From sequence record KT919972.1: DNA of 64,000 bases; one strand, 5' to 3'. This document shows positions 7,546-17,828 of the stretch, one piece after another. The notes beneath the pieces were generated by a model. That model worked only from the letters and a program-made list of their open reading frames with translations. It was not told the DNA's origin and made no database searches. How positions within the stretch are numbered: the stretch's first letter is position 1; every line of letters begins with the position of its first letter. The position numbers were made by a program, and so were the translations under genes.

Positions 7546-9331
7546 AAAAGACAACTTTCAAATTTTATCAGACAAACAACACGTTCTTAAACGACCGGGT
7601 ATGTACATCGGGTCAGTTGACCGAGAAGAACATGAGCGTTTTGTCTTAGGTGATTTCAAGAAAATCGAGTACGTACCGGGTCTTGTGAAGATTATCAACG
7701 AAGTTATTGATAACTCTCTTGATGAAGCGATTCGAACTAAGTTCAAATTTGCCAATGTTATTGAAGTGAAAATCGAAGGTAATCGAATCACTATCTCAGA
7801 TAACGGTCGCGGTATTCCGCAAGACAAAGTTCTAGACCCAGATGGTAAAGAGCTTCTTCGACCTGAAGCTGCATGGACACGTACTAAAGCAGGTAGTAAC
7901 TTCGAAGATGACCGAACAACTGTTGGTATGAACGGTGTTGGCGCTGCACTGACCAACTACTTCAGTCATCAATTCATTGGTAAGACGTGTGACGGTAAAA
8001 ACACAGTAACAGTAAGCTGTTCTAACAATGCAGATCGTATTTTCGTTAGAACTTCGAAAGGCGGTACGAAAGGGACTTCAGTTGAATTCATCCCTGATTT
8101 TAACCGCTTTGGTGTATTTGGTATCTCCCCTCAAGACGAAGAGATCATCAAAGACCGTCTCGCGTCGTTGTCAGTCGCATTCCCTGAGATTACGTTCAAG
8201 TACAACGGGAAGAAACACGCCCCTACGCTGAAGCAATACGCAAAGATGTTTAACACAGAAGTTGCGTTTGAATTTGACAACGTTGCGCTGTTTGTCGCGC
8301 CGTCTGATGAATTCAGACATAACAGCTTCATCAATGGTGTAAATACATCTAATGGTGGTACACACGTAGATTACTTCATCAATAAACTTTCAGATGAATT
8401 AATCCCGATGATTAAGCGCAAGCATAAAATCAATGTACCAAAACCACAATTAAAGAATGGTTTGACACTCGGGTTGTTCATTCGTAACTTCACAGACCCT
8501 AAGTTTGACAGTCAGACAAAAGAACGTCTAACTAGTTCCCAAGGTGAAGTGTCACCATACTTGAAAGACTTAGCATATGACAAAATCGCTAAGAAGATTC
8601 TGGCAGAAGATGATATCATCATGCCGATTATTGAAGCGTTACTTGCTAAACAACAAGCAGCCGAAGCGCGAGAACTAGCACGCAAGCAGAAGAAAGCTCA
8701 ACAAGCGAAAGTTGCAGAGCATATCAAGGCTTCGCAGCCAGGTGGTACGTTGTTCTTGACTGAGGGTAAGTCCGCGATTGGTTACTTGATTAAAGTTCGT
8801 GACAGTAAAAAGCATGGTGGTATTCCGTTGCGCGGTAAAGTACTGAGCACATGGGGTAAACGCCCTGCCGAGATCATGAAAAACAAAGAGCTATGTGATA
8901 TCATGTCAGTGCTGAACATTCAGCTCGGTAATGACGACATTCGAGACATGTACTATAAAGACATTGGTATCTTAGTTGATGCGGACGTCGATGGTAAAGG
9001 TTCGATTTTCCCGTTGTTACTTGCGTTTTTCTACAACTGGCCAGAGCTTTACAAGCAGAAGCGAATCAAGTTCGTTCGTACACCAGTAGTCATTGCATCG
9101 AAGAATAAAGAAACGAAATGGTTTTATTCTATTGAAGAGTATCGCAAGGCGAAACTGAGTAAAACGTGGAAGATTCGTTACATTAAGGGTTTGGGTTCAC
9201 TGACTGAAAAAGAATACAAAAAAGTTATTAACGAGCCAGTTTTTGATGATATTGTAATCGATGACCCAAATTGTTTTGAACTATTGTTCGGTAATGACAC
9301 TGATAAACGTAAGGATTGGATGACCCAATGA
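7538..9331 (+). CDS. gp39: Type II DNA topoisomerase large subunit (T4 gp39+gp60 as one ORF)
   Basis: HVLKRPGMYIG, EVIDNSLDE, DNGRGIP, GMNGVG, TEGKSA, PLRGKV, DADVDG, YIKGLGS. Confidence 0.96.
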   Translation: MSKKDNFQILSDKQHVLKRPGMYIGSVDREEHERFVLGDFKKIEYVPGLVKIINEVIDNSLDEAIRTKFKFANVIEVKIEGNRITISDNGRGIPQDKVLDPDGKELLRPEAAWTRTKAGSNFEDDRTTVGMNGVGAALTNYFSHQFIGKTCDGKNTVTVSCSNNADRIFVRTSKGGTKGTSVEFIPDFNRFGVFGISPQDEEIIKDRLASLSVAFPEITFKYNGKKHAPTLKQYAKMFNTEVAFEFDNVALFVAPSDEFRHNSFINGVNTSNGGTHVDYFINKLSDELIPMIKRKHKINVPKPQLKNGLTLGLFIRNFTDPKFDSQTKERLTSSQGEVSPYLKDLAYDKIAKKILAEDDIIMPIIEALLAKQQAAEARELARKQKKAQQAKVAEHIKASQPGGTLFLTEGKSAIGYLIKVRDSKKHGGIPLRGKVLSTWGKRPAEIMKNKELCDIMSVLNIQLGNDDIRDMYYKDIGILVDADVDGKGSIFPLLLAFFYNWPELYKQKRIKFVRTPVVIASKNKETKWFYSIEEYRKAKLSKTWKIRYIKGLGSLTEKEYKKVINEPVFDDIVIDDPNCFELLFGNDTDKRKDWMTQ

Positions 9332-9558
9332 TTACAGCAAAAGAGGCAAGAGCAAAGCGGAAGAAACTTTCGCCTGCTGTTGAGAAGTCACTTGAAGAGC
9401 TAGATTTTGCAATTCAAGTCGCTTCTCCCACGAAGTCACGTGTTGACTTCAAAACAGAAAAATTGACTGAAAGTGAGCGGGATACTATTCGTAGTATTTT
9501 GATTAGTCTCGGCTATGATGCGTTCATTACAGGTGAGAAACTTGAGGTGATGTGGTAA
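9328..9558 (+). CDS. Hypothetical protein
   Basis: ATG overlaps the gene 39 stop. Confidence 0.65.
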   Translation: MITAKEARAKRKKLSPAVEKSLEELDFAIQVASPTKSRVDFKTEKLTESERDTIRSILISLGYDAFITGEKLEVMW

Positions 9559-9773
9559 TGAGCAATTTCATTCGAATTCTAGAAGATATGTGTCGCGAGT
9601 TTCGCGGCGAACTGAACGAAGCAGCGACAGCCGAGGTAGATTATTACCTCGTGCAGCTTTACGTCGCTATGCTATCACTAGGTTTCGGCGTACAGATTGC
9701 GATTTACATTTTGTTTTATGTCATTTTTTATCTACCAATGACCGTAATTGGTAAGCTACTAGGGATTAAATAA
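9558..9773 (+). CDS. Small membrane protein
   Basis: Hydrophobic C-terminal half. Confidence 0.6.
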   Translation: MSNFIRILEDMCREFRGELNEAATAEVDYYLVQLYVAMLSLGFGVQIAIYILFYVIFYLPMTVIGKLLGIK

Positions 9774-9790
9774 GAGACGGAGGTGGCATT

Positions 9791-10057
9791 ATGCTAAAGT
9801 CTTTTATTGAAATATCCCTAAACGAAATGACATACCAAGAGTTGCGTGATCTCACGATAAATGAGATTCACGCGCTCGTTAAGAAGCTGAAGAGACAGCT
9901 TCCACAAGAGTACAAGGACATTATCGACGAACTTGAACCAGACATGTACGAAGATCTGATTGCAGAAATAGCATATGATGGTGGTTTGAAAGGTAAGAGA
10001 TTTGTAAACTTAAAAATCCCGAAGCGAATCTTAGATAGGTACGCTGACTACTTCTGA
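9791..10057 (+). CDS. Hypothetical protein with a capsid-targeting-like N-terminus (MLKSFIEISLNE)
   Basis: GGAGG RBS; late-promoter-like ATTAAATA at 9765-9772. Confidence 0.6.
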   Translation: MLKSFIEISLNEMTYQELRDLTINEIHALVKKLKRQLPQEYKDIIDELEPDMYEDLIAEIAYDGGLKGKRFVNLKIPKRILDRYADYF

Positions 10058-10068
10058 GAGAAAATATT

Positions 10069-10461
10069 ATGTTTGATGCTGCTAGTATGCGGTCACGCTA
10101 TAAGCCGAAGCAACCGTCCGACCGTCAGTTAAAGAAAATCGAAGAATTTCAAGATTTTCTGTATAACACTTTGAAATCAATTGATAAAATAGCTGATACA
10201 GAGCTTGAGATAAAAGTCGGTATAAAAGCTGAATTTTATGAATCAGCGGTTGCAGAGTTCGAGAAATTAGGTTACAATATCAGAGCAGTGAAGAATACAT
10301 TCGATATTAAAAATCGAATCAACCCTTACGAGCCGTCAGAAATTGGCTACTTGCAATACGAGACTCACAGTTTAGCACTTGCTTATGTGAATCGTATGTT
10401 GATGGAACACGGTTCTGAACGCATGATATTGACTATAATTGACTGGAGGCGAAAGTCATGA
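10069..10461 (+). CDS. Hypothetical protein
   Basis: GAGAG RBS. Confidence 0.65.
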   Translation: MFDAASMRSRYKPKQPSDRQLKKIEEFQDFLYNTLKSIDKIADTELEIKVGIKAEFYESAVAEFEKLGYNIRAVKNTFDIKNRINPYEPSEIGYLQYETHSLALAYVNRMLMEHGSERMILTIIDWRRKS

Positions 10462-10727
10462 GCATGATTATGAAAGCAGAAGAAGCACGCGCACGCAGCA
10501 TCAAAGTAATGGAAGAGAAGTTTCCCGTTGATGATCTAGAACATCTAGATGAGCGCATTGCACAAGCAACTGATGAAATGCGCTTTGGTATTAATATCAG
10601 AATGCAAGACGAATTGCCAGGTATTGAAAGTCATAGCATGAAACGTCTATTGATTGAATATCTGCGTTTACACAACTACAACGCATTTTATGTCGATAAC
10701 ATTTTGGAGATTCGATGGCAAATTTAA
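10458..10727 (+). CDS. Hypothetical protein
   Basis: GGAGG RBS; ends in LEIRW, like the 9328 ORF (LEVMW). Confidence 0.65.
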   Translation: MSMIMKAEEARARSIKVMEEKFPVDDLEHLDERIAQATDEMRFGINIRMQDELPGIESHSMKRLLIEYLRLHNYNAFYVDNILEIRWQI

Positions 10728-11443
10728 AAGTTTATTACTGTAGTGATATTCACAACGACTATCACGCAGAGAACGCGCTAGAATCGATTACAGGCGACAA
10801 AGACGCTGTATTGGTAGTAGCGGGTGACATTAACAGCAAAGGGCGCACAGTGCGCGATTTAGAAGCTGTAGCCGACCGTTGGCGCGCTGTTATCGCAGTG
10901 CCGGGAAATCACGATTGGTGGGGTCTTGCGATTCACGAGCGACATAAATTTGAAACTTCGGTTGACAATGTTCACGTCTTGCTTGAAAATACAGTTCAGA
11001 TTGACGACGTGACATTCTGCGGAACTACGCTGTGGCACGAAGTCAATGACTGGTTTGAGGGTCAACGTTGGAAAGACAACATGAATGACCGTCGTAAGAT
11101 TCGCGGTCCGCAATGGCGACCTTTGTACGGTGAAGATGTACATGCACTTCATTGTAAATCAGTCAAATTTATTGAGAAATGTCGCGAGATTGAAGGTAAG
11201 AAAGTGTTAATCACACATCACGCCCCTTCTCTGAAGAGCATTTCATCTTACTATGCGTATTCAAGTACGAATAGTTTTTATTGCACTGACCTTGACCATT
11301 TACTTGAAGGGTTCAGTTTTGCAATTCACGGTCATGTTCATCAAGAATTTGACTATCACGTAAATGGCTGTAATGTACTGTGTAACCCACGTGCATACGG
11401 CTCAGAAAACCCAGAATATGGGCTTAGGATTTTCGACATATGA
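10715..11443 (+). CDS. Calcineurin-like metallophosphoesterase
   Basis: SDIH, AGD, PGNHD, THHAP, HGHVH motifs. Confidence 0.88.
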   Translation: MANLKVYYCSDIHNDYHAENALESITGDKDAVLVVAGDINSKGRTVRDLEAVADRWRAVIAVPGNHDWWGLAIHERHKFETSVDNVHVLLENTVQIDDVTFCGTTLWHEVNDWFEGQRWKDNMNDRRKIRGPQWRPLYGEDVHALHCKSVKFIEKCREIEGKKVLITHHAPSLKSISSYYAYSSTNSFYCTDLDHLLEGFSFAIHGHVHQEFDYHVNGCNVLCNPRAYGSENPEYGLRIFDI

Positions 11444-11628
11444 CTTTTATTTTTGTTTACTTATTGATTGGTGCACTTTTGACAGTTGCGATTCAAGATA
11501 CATTACACGAAACGTACCGCCAAAACGGTGGTCAAGCGAGTAAAACCGTGGTGAATTTATTATCGACAGTCATCACGCCAGTACTAATGATTGCTCTAAT
11601 CGTGATGAAATTGTTCAAAATTAAATGA
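11440..11628 (+). CDS. Small membrane protein
   Basis: Two hydrophobic segments. Confidence 0.6.
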   Translation: MTFIFVYLLIGALLTVAIQDTLHETYRQNGGQASKTVVNLLSTVITPVLMIALIVMKLFKIK

Positions 11629-11668
11629 TTAAATACGTGCGTCAAATAAAACAATAAAAGGTAATACA

Positions 11669-11914
11669 ATGACGCACGATTTGAATATGCTTCTAGAGCA
11701 GTACAACCTAGCAAATTACGAATGCGATGGTGATTTTGAAGACTATTACTGGTCGGTAGCCGAATGGATTGGTCAGACTGTATTCAGTCATGGGACAATT
11801 CGTAAACATGATATTTTAGAATTGCTATGTGATTTACTAGCAATAGATGAAGACAAAATCAACGTAGATGATGTTGATGACTTCCTTAACGAAGCGTATG
11901 AGGTAATTGAATAA
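11669..11914 (+). CDS. Acidic hypothetical protein
   Basis: AAGG RBS. Confidence 0.65.
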   Translation: MTHDLNMLLEQYNLANYECDGDFEDYYWSVAEWIGQTVFSHGTIRKHDILELLCDLLAIDEDKINVDDVDDFLNEAYEVIE

Positions 11915-11973
11915 TGAAGAAATTTCATCGTAAGGAGTTGTTTCACTAAGTAATTTAACTTGGAGAAACAACG

Positions 11974-12483
11974 ATGACTGAAGTCAAAAAATACAAAGGC
12001 GTAAAAGAAAAAGATCTACCACTATACAACTCACGCGAAATGGGACCTCATCATGTTTTCGAATTATGGGATGGTGAATGGGTACCAGAGTGGGCTAGAA
12101 CATACGTTCGTTATCAGAGCTTCTGGAGCCCAGAACGTGTTGGGTTTTACATGTCAACTAGCGCAAGACGTATGATTGACCTAATTCGAAATGGTGAATG
12201 TCTAGCACGTTACAAAGGTAACTACGTGTTTCGTTACACGCCAGTGCCACATACTGGTTGCTACAAGAACTGGATTCATGCTCGACGCGGTAACGGTTTG
12301 ATGTCTGAAATGCATCATAACAAGTTCTGTGAAGACGAGATTGAAGCCGAATACGGTAAAGTAGTTCGCAAAAAACGTGCTCATACAGTTCGCTGTCTTC
12401 TAGATTGGGATGGTCTATCGTCTTACAAATCTCCGCAGCGCGGGTGGAAACGCTCTAAAAAGCGCAAACAGTGGATGAAATAA
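11974..12483 (+). CDS. Basic hypothetical protein (C-terminal WKRSKKRKQW)
   Basis: GGAG RBS. Confidence 0.7.
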   Translation: MTEVKKYKGVKEKDLPLYNSREMGPHHVFELWDGEWVPEWARTYVRYQSFWSPERVGFYMSTSARRMIDLIRNGECLARYKGNYVFRYTPVPHTGCYKNWIHARRGNGLMSEMHHNKFCEDEIEAEYGKVVRKKRAHTVRCLLDWDGLSSYKSPQRGWKRSKKRKQWMK

Positions 12484-12486
12484 ACA

Positions 12487-12521
12487 AAAGGGTTGCAATT
12501 TGCAGCCCTTTTCATTATCAT
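12487..12521 (+). promoter_or_regulatory. Terminator hairpin fused to a promoter
   Basis: aaaagggttgca-att-tgcagccctttt; TTGCAA-N17-TATCAT. Confidence 0.65.
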
Positions 12522-12547
12522 AGATGCTTCAAATAAAGGAGCACAAT

Positions 12548-12745
12548 ATGATTCAAATTTTATTAGCAACACTAGGTGTTATTCTAGTATTCGTATCAGC
12601 AACGCCATTAGTATATGTAGTCAATAAGATTATTGAAGACGAATTCGATTCAATGATAGCTAGTGTAACTGCATTGTTAGTAGCTGTTGCTGTGTTTTGT
12701 TTTACTTTTATGTTCATTGTCTTCACGGGCGCTGAATATATGTAA
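12548..12745 (+). CDS. Small membrane protein (2 TM)
   Basis: AAGGAG RBS; hydrophobic. Confidence 0.65.
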   Translation: MIQILLATLGVILVFVSATPLVYVVNKIIEDEFDSMIASVTALLVAVAVFCFTFMFIVFTGAEYM

Positions 12746-12758
12746 CGAGAAATATATT

Positions 12759-13352
12759 ATGACAGACAAGAAACAAAAACCTACTCTAATTTTCGACGTA
12801 GATGGTGTGCTTATTGATTGGGCAAGCCAGCTACCGCTATTCTGCAAGCGATGTGGTATCGACCCCGTTCTTGCATTAAAACACTTCACTGCTAAAGAGC
12901 ATGTTGACGTACGTGATTTATTCGGTGTCGAGCAGCGTTCAATAGCATTTGACTTACTTGAGAAGTATAATCTTGAGCACGGTAAGTACATGACTGCGTT
13001 CCCTGATGCGGTAGAGAACGTTCACAAAATCGCGAAAGAATACAATCTTGTTGCGCTGACTAAATTCGGTGATTCAACTGATCACTGGCTTGTGCGCAAG
13101 TTCAACTTAGAAACATTCTTCCCGGGTTGTTTCAGCGAATTGATTACTATTCGCGGTGATGAGAGCAAAGTCGGTTATGTCTCTCAGCTAGTATCAGATC
13201 ACGACGTGATCGGTTTCATTGATGATCAGTTAGAAAATACTGAGCAAATCAAGAAGTGTTTTCACGACCTTAAAGTGGTACACCTCAATCGTTATGATGA
13301 GCGAGCAGACGTTCATCATATGTCAAAGCTATTAGATTTTATTCACGAATAA
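12759..13352 (+). CDS. HAD-superfamily phosphatase (nucleotidase-like)
   Basis: LIFDVDGVL motif I; FIDD motif IV. Confidence 0.8.
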   Translation: MTDKKQKPTLIFDVDGVLIDWASQLPLFCKRCGIDPVLALKHFTAKEHVDVRDLFGVEQRSIAFDLLEKYNLEHGKYMTAFPDAVENVHKIAKEYNLVALTKFGDSTDHWLVRKFNLETFFPGCFSELITIRGDESKVGYVSQLVSDHDVIGFIDDQLENTEQIKKCFHDLKVVHLNRYDERADVHHMSKLLDFIHE

Positions 13353-13353
13353 A

Positions 13354-13407
13354 GTTTAACACGTCTTACATTCATCATATAATAAAGCTCCTGTCGGGGC
13401 TTTTTTG
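13354..13407 (+). promoter_or_regulatory. Class II promoter immediately followed by a terminator hairpin
   Basis: G-TTTAAC-N17-TATAAT (13378); aaaagctcc-tgtc-ggggctttttt (13384-13407). Confidence 0.65.
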
Positions 13408-13415
13408 GGTTAATT

Positions 13416-13715
13416 ATGATTAAACGAGCTTATATTATTCATGCTGATAGCGCACTTGCAAAACGTGCTGTTGCGTTAGATAAGCGAGAGGCAAAAGGTA
13501 AGCCGTTCTTTTCGAATCGAGAAGAATGGGAAGCTGAATTGCAAACCGATTGGCAAGAATGGAACAAAGAAGCTTGTGATTATATTGTTCACATTTACGG
13601 TGATCATATCGCAGGTAAGCCATTCTTAGTAACAATCAACAACGGCAACGTATATTTTGAGGAAAATGATGTTTGCTATACTAATGAAAAGCAACCAAGA
13701 AGTGGCGATTATTGA
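13416..13715 (+). CDS. Hypothetical protein
   Basis: ORF. Confidence 0.65.
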   Translation: MIKRAYIIHADSALAKRAVALDKREAKGKPFFSNREEWEAELQTDWQEWNKEACDYIVHIYGDHIAGKPFLVTINNGNVYFEENDVCYTNEKQPRSGDY

Positions 13716-13869
13716 TCTCGGTGATGTTACAATGCCTGCATTGTACCTGAAAGAGCAAGATGCACTTAAAGTGTTGTACAAAAATGATTTACACGAGCAG
13801 TGCTTTGTTGCACGTGTTCGTCCTGAAATTTATATAGAGGGTCCAGATGATTCTACCAATCCTGAATAA
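13666..13869 (+). CDS. Hypothetical protein
   Basis: GAGG RBS; overlaps both neighbours. Confidence 0.5.
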   Translation: MMFAILMKSNQEVAIIDLGDVTMPALYLKEQDALKVLYKNDLHEQCFVARVRPEIYIEGPDDSTNPE

Positions 13870-15184
13870 ACTAGCAGCAACGACTAAACGCACTGAAAAA
13901 GAAGCAATCCTGAAGTCTGAAAAAGACAATGAATTGCTAAAGCGTGTATTTGAGCTTGCATACACACCTACGTATCAGTTTAATATGAAGAAACTGCCTG
14001 AAGTGAATGCAGGTGAAGCATATGTGCATGAATATACCGAACTAGAAGATGCACTAGAGCAAGTGTTTAGTGCGTTGGTTGTGAATCAAGTGCGCGGTCA
14101 TTCTGCACAAGATTTTGTTGCTCGTATACTCGCTTCAGTTTCTGAAGACGACGCGGAAGTGATTCGTCGTGTTATATTGAAAGACCTTCGAACTGGTTGT
14201 ACGGGTGGTACTGCAAACAAAGTTTGGAAGAAACTGATTCCAGAACAACCTCAAATGCTTGCAAGCCCGAAGAACGACAAACTAATCGACGCGATTCTAA
14301 CTAAAATCGCATATGCTGAACTGAAAGCTGATGGTGCTCGTTGTTTCGCTCACGTTGACTTAGATGGTAACATTACTCTTACATCGCGTAACGGTAAACG
14401 CTATCAAGGTCTAGTCAAAGTTGAGAAAGGCTTGACTGAAATGGGTGTAAACGGCTTTGTTATCGACGGTGAGCTTGTGTACGCGCCAAACGGTTTACAT
14501 GAGGTTGAAGACCGTTCGACTGGTAATGGCATTGTCAACAAAGCAAGCAAAGGTACAATCACACCGAAAGAACAGGCTGACATTGTATTTCAAGTGTGGG
14601 ATATCATCCCTGAAGACGTTTATTTCGGTAAGTCGAATGAATTGAACATGCCGTACAGTAAACGTAAACAGATTCTTGCAGATGTTGCTATTAAAGCACG
14701 TGGTATCATCGAACCGATTCCGTGGCAGACTGTTTCTACAAAAGAACAAGCGTCTGAAATCTACAATCAGTACGTTGCTCAAGGTCTAGAAGGTATCATC
14801 TTGAAAGACCCAGATGCACTTTGGGAAAACAAGCGAAGTAAATCACTTGTGAAATACAAAGAAGTTCACGATGGTGATTTAGAGATCATTGAAGTAATCG
14901 AAGGCGACAAGAAGAACAAAGGCAAAATGGGTGCTCTTCTTCTTCGTTCAGCTTGCGGTATGTTGATTACTAAAGTCGGTAGTGGCTTCAGTGATAAACA
15001 GCGTGCAGACATCTGGGAACGTCGTGATGAAGTAATCGGTATGATTGTTGAAATCAACTACAACGCAATCACACGCGCACGTAATAAAGAAACATGGTCT
15101 TGTTTCTTGCCTATTTTCGTGCAATTCCGTGATGACAAAGATGTTGCGAATGCGCTTGAAGAAATGAGCGGGTTCAAAGGTTAA
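13847..15184 (+). CDS. gp30: ATP-dependent DNA ligase
   Basis: ELKADGAR adenylation motif, DGEL, EGIILK, WENKRSK.LVKYK, VGSGFSD. Confidence 0.97.
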   Translation: MILPILNKLAATTKRTEKEAILKSEKDNELLKRVFELAYTPTYQFNMKKLPEVNAGEAYVHEYTELEDALEQVFSALVVNQVRGHSAQDFVARILASVSEDDAEVIRRVILKDLRTGCTGGTANKVWKKLIPEQPQMLASPKNDKLIDAILTKIAYAELKADGARCFAHVDLDGNITLTSRNGKRYQGLVKVEKGLTEMGVNGFVIDGELVYAPNGLHEVEDRSTGNGIVNKASKGTITPKEQADIVFQVWDIIPEDVYFGKSNELNMPYSKRKQILADVAIKARGIIEPIPWQTVSTKEQASEIYNQYVAQGLEGIILKDPDALWENKRSKSLVKYKEVHDGDLEIIEVIEGDKKNKGKMGALLLRSACGMLITKVGSGFSDKQRADIWERRDEVIGMIVEINYNAITRARNKETWSCFLPIFVQFRDDKDVANALEEMSGFKG

Positions 15185-15185
15185 T

Positions 15186-15208
15186 AAAGGGGGCTTATGC
15201 CCCTTTTT
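15186..15208 (+). terminator. Intrinsic terminator
   Basis: aaagggggc-ttat-gcccctttttg. Confidence 0.8.
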
Positions 15209-15219
15209 GCGTTTGTGCG

Positions 15220-15227
15220 TATAAATA
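15220..15227 (+). promoter_or_regulatory. T4-type late promoter
   Basis: Perfect TATAAATA. Confidence 0.8.
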
Positions 15228-15250
15228 CTTTCATTTAGAGAGACAATAAA

Positions 15251-16138
15251 ATGATTATATTCGAGGGATATGACGCGCTATTTGAAGCGTTTGATAGAGC
15301 AGCGAATTATGACTGGCTGACCGACGACGAAGCGTTTTTTGAAATCGGCGGGACTATGTATAAGGCAATCATAACTAGCAAAGATGAAGCACGCGGACGC
15401 ATAATTGACGTTTCATTTATGTGGAAAAGACCAGATGGTCAGTATTCATATGAATTAAAGAAATCGGGCAACGCGAAAGATTCATTGATGGTAATGAGTA
15501 CGGTGCTTGCAGCTACGTTTGACAAGGCTAAACGAGAAAACCCAGATTACATTACATTCAGCGCATTTGCAGACCATGACGACAGAGATGCAAAGAAACG
15601 CTATAATCTTTACAAGCGCATGGCTGAACGATACGCAAAGCAGATGGACTATACTTTACAAACGCACGGGCGTATGTTTGTATTAAAAAACAACAACCCA
15701 TCTAATGAAATTAGACGACTACCTAATGATGGTATTAAAGTCGAAGATGAGATCACATATGTTGATTTCCCTAGAGTGAACGCATTCACGTGGGCGACGC
15801 TATTTGAGTGTGAACGACCTGGTGATTTTGAATTGGTTCGTATGACAAATGGGTTCGCTACAATCAAACGGGTTAATGATAAAACAGTTCAAATTAAAGC
15901 ATCAATCAATGGTAATAAATTTGATAACTTAGACACGGTTGAAATCTGGGAAAGTCTTCTAGGTACTATTATTGCTAAACCTGCATGGGGTGGTGATGGA
16001 GAAGCTGAATTACTAGAGAAGGGCGCGATTCTAGAAGATGGTAAAATGCTGATTCTTGACTACAACACACTGTATATGGTTGAAAAGGTAAGCGACTTTG
16101 AAGATGTTTGGGGTCATAGTCTTATTAGAGTTGAATAA
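15251..16138 (+). CDS. Putative internal head/injected protein, paralog family member
   Basis: MIIFEGYDALFEAFDR N-terminus; shares ITFSAF.D...KKR..LYKRMAER with the 50797/51250/52172 ORFs. Confidence 0.65.
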   Translation: MIIFEGYDALFEAFDRAANYDWLTDDEAFFEIGGTMYKAIITSKDEARGRIIDVSFMWKRPDGQYSYELKKSGNAKDSLMVMSTVLAATFDKAKRENPDYITFSAFADHDDRDAKKRYNLYKRMAERYAKQMDYTLQTHGRMFVLKNNNPSNEIRRLPNDGIKVEDEITYVDFPRVNAFTWATLFECERPGDFELVRMTNGFATIKRVNDKTVQIKASINGNKFDNLDTVEIWESLLGTIIAKPAWGGDGEAELLEKGAILEDGKMLILDYNTLYMVEKVSDFEDVWGHSLIRVE

Positions 16139-16164
16139 AAAAGGGAGCAATTTGCTCCCTTTTT
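16137..16164. terminator. Bidirectional intrinsic terminator
   Basis: aaaaaagggagc-aattt-gctcccttttt between convergent genes. Confidence 0.85.
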
Positions 16165-16167
16165 CGA

Positions 16168-17796
16168 TCATGGTGTTAGAGGACTACGCTCTTTTGTTAG
16201 TCTATCTGCATCGATATCTACATCAACAGAACGCATGAAATTAGCTACTTCTGAAAGCTCGTGTAAACGGTCTTGCTTTTTGAAAGCAGACAATACACCT
16301 TGCTTCGTATCTTCTTTGATTTTCAATCGAATTACAGCGTCGTATTCAGACATTTGAACAACGTCAGCTTCAAACATCGTATTACGGTTGATGATAATCT
16401 CTTTTGAGTCTTTCATACCGTGTTTACCTGAAGCTAAAACAGGCAAGCCGCTCGCTTCTATGATGAATACAACATTCATTTTCTTATCTGACTCAAGCAG
16501 AGAACGCATATCTGATTTACTATTCTTAGCAGTTGAATCAATGATGTTCTTAGAGCTTGATTCAACGAACTTACAAGCAACAAGAGGGTCGATTGACGTT
16601 GAGATAAACGCAGTCGAAACAAACGAGCCAGATTCAAGAATAGAGCGCACATGTTTACTTGACATTTCACAGCCACGATATAACGTCATTCCACCAGCAA
16701 TCATACCAGCTTCAGAAAACGCTTGGTCGATGCGTGAGACAATCTGTGATTCTTTATCAACACCCGTTCCGTGTAATAACTCTTCATTCACCTTCCATGA
16801 AAAACGAGTCGCGGAGTATCTAGCAATAGCAGCTTGTGTAAGTGACGATAGACCCGCAAATGAATCTTCCTGCATAAGTTGCAAAGAAAGACGTTCATAC
16901 TGACTTGCATGAGCACGTGAGCGAGATTCCATGATACTATTCAGAACGCTTTGAGGCTTCTTCGATTCGGCGATATATGAATTCAATGAAACTGCCACAG
17001 TTTCAAGATTCAAACTCATATCAATTAAACCTTTCGCAGCATTAGCAAGAACATGTTCATTGCTTTCATTCAATTGAGAACGAACAGACGAACTTACACG
17101 CGCTTCATATTGAGGCATTTGAAGAACATCATTTGGAACACGTGCAGCGGGGTTTTCTTCTACCCATTTACCTAGTACGTCATCTTCATAGTCGTCATAC
17201 GCAGCATCGGCAGTTACGATAATCGTTTTCTTGCTTGAAATATCAGTTTCGAGTGACATTTTTAACGCAATATCGTTAATTGTTTCTTCAGATGCTTCGA
17301 ATAGCTTATCGGCATTATACCCTGGTTTGGTTACAATAAAGAAGCTGTAATCTTGCGAAATTTCTTCACCACCCACGCCAATAATCTTAGTTGTATCACA
17401 GCCGTAACGTAGCTTTTTAAACAACGTTTTAACCCGCAAGTCGAACATCTTACCCGTACCTAGTTTCTGCACACGCATTGAAACGACATTCGCACGACGT
17501 TTGATCATGAAATCTTGAACCACTTTAACAATAGTTTGTTGAAGCTTTTGTTCATCTCCCATTTCACGAATAGTAACACCGCCTTTTTTGCCGCGCATTG
17601 CTGATACAGTACAGAACCAAGAACGTTTACCGCGATTTCCGATATCTGATTTTGTTTTAGTTGTGAACGAAACAACGATGTCTCTGGCTTCGCCTTTCAT
17701 GTCGATCACAAAGAATTTGTTTTCTTTGGTCGAGCGAGCCGGATAATAGTCGTACGTTGCGCTCATGTTTTCATTTAATTGTTGAAATCCAATCAT
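16168..17796 (-). CDS. alt: Alt-like ADP-ribosyltransferase (R-S-E clade)
   Basis: C-terminal TLYRG, FISTS and KEIIINRN motifs; N-terminus MIGFQQLNE; late-promoter-like motif upstream. Confidence 0.75.
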   Translation of the reverse strand: MIGFQQLNENMSATYDYYPARSTKENKFFVIDMKGEARDIVVSFTTKTKSDIGNRGKRSWFCTVSAMRGKKGGVTIREMGDEQKLQQTIVKVVQDFMIKRRANVVSMRVQKLGTGKMFDLRVKTLFKKLRYGCDTTKIIGVGGEEISQDYSFFIVTKPGYNADKLFEASEETINDIALKMSLETDISSKKTIIVTADAAYDDYEDDVLGKWVEENPAARVPNDVLQMPQYEARVSSSVRSQLNESNEHVLANAAKGLIDMSLNLETVAVSLNSYIAESKKPQSVLNSIMESRSRAHASQYERLSLQLMQEDSFAGLSSLTQAAIARYSATRFSWKVNEELLHGTGVDKESQIVSRIDQAFSEAGMIAGGMTLYRGCEMSSKHVRSILESGSFVSTAFISTSIDPLVACKFVESSSKNIIDSTAKNSKSDMRSLLESDKKMNVVFIIEASGLPVLASGKHGMKDSKEIIINRNTMFEADVVQMSEYDAVIRLKIKEDTKQGVLSAFKKQDRLHELSEVANFMRSVDVDIDADRLTKERSPLTP

Positions 17797-17828
17797 TTTT
17801 ATAGACTCACCCTTTAGAAATATATGTG

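Noticed and set aside
7538-9331. Split topoisomerase or gene 60 ribosomal bypass
   Set aside because: ATPase and TOPRIM parts are in one uninterrupted ORF.
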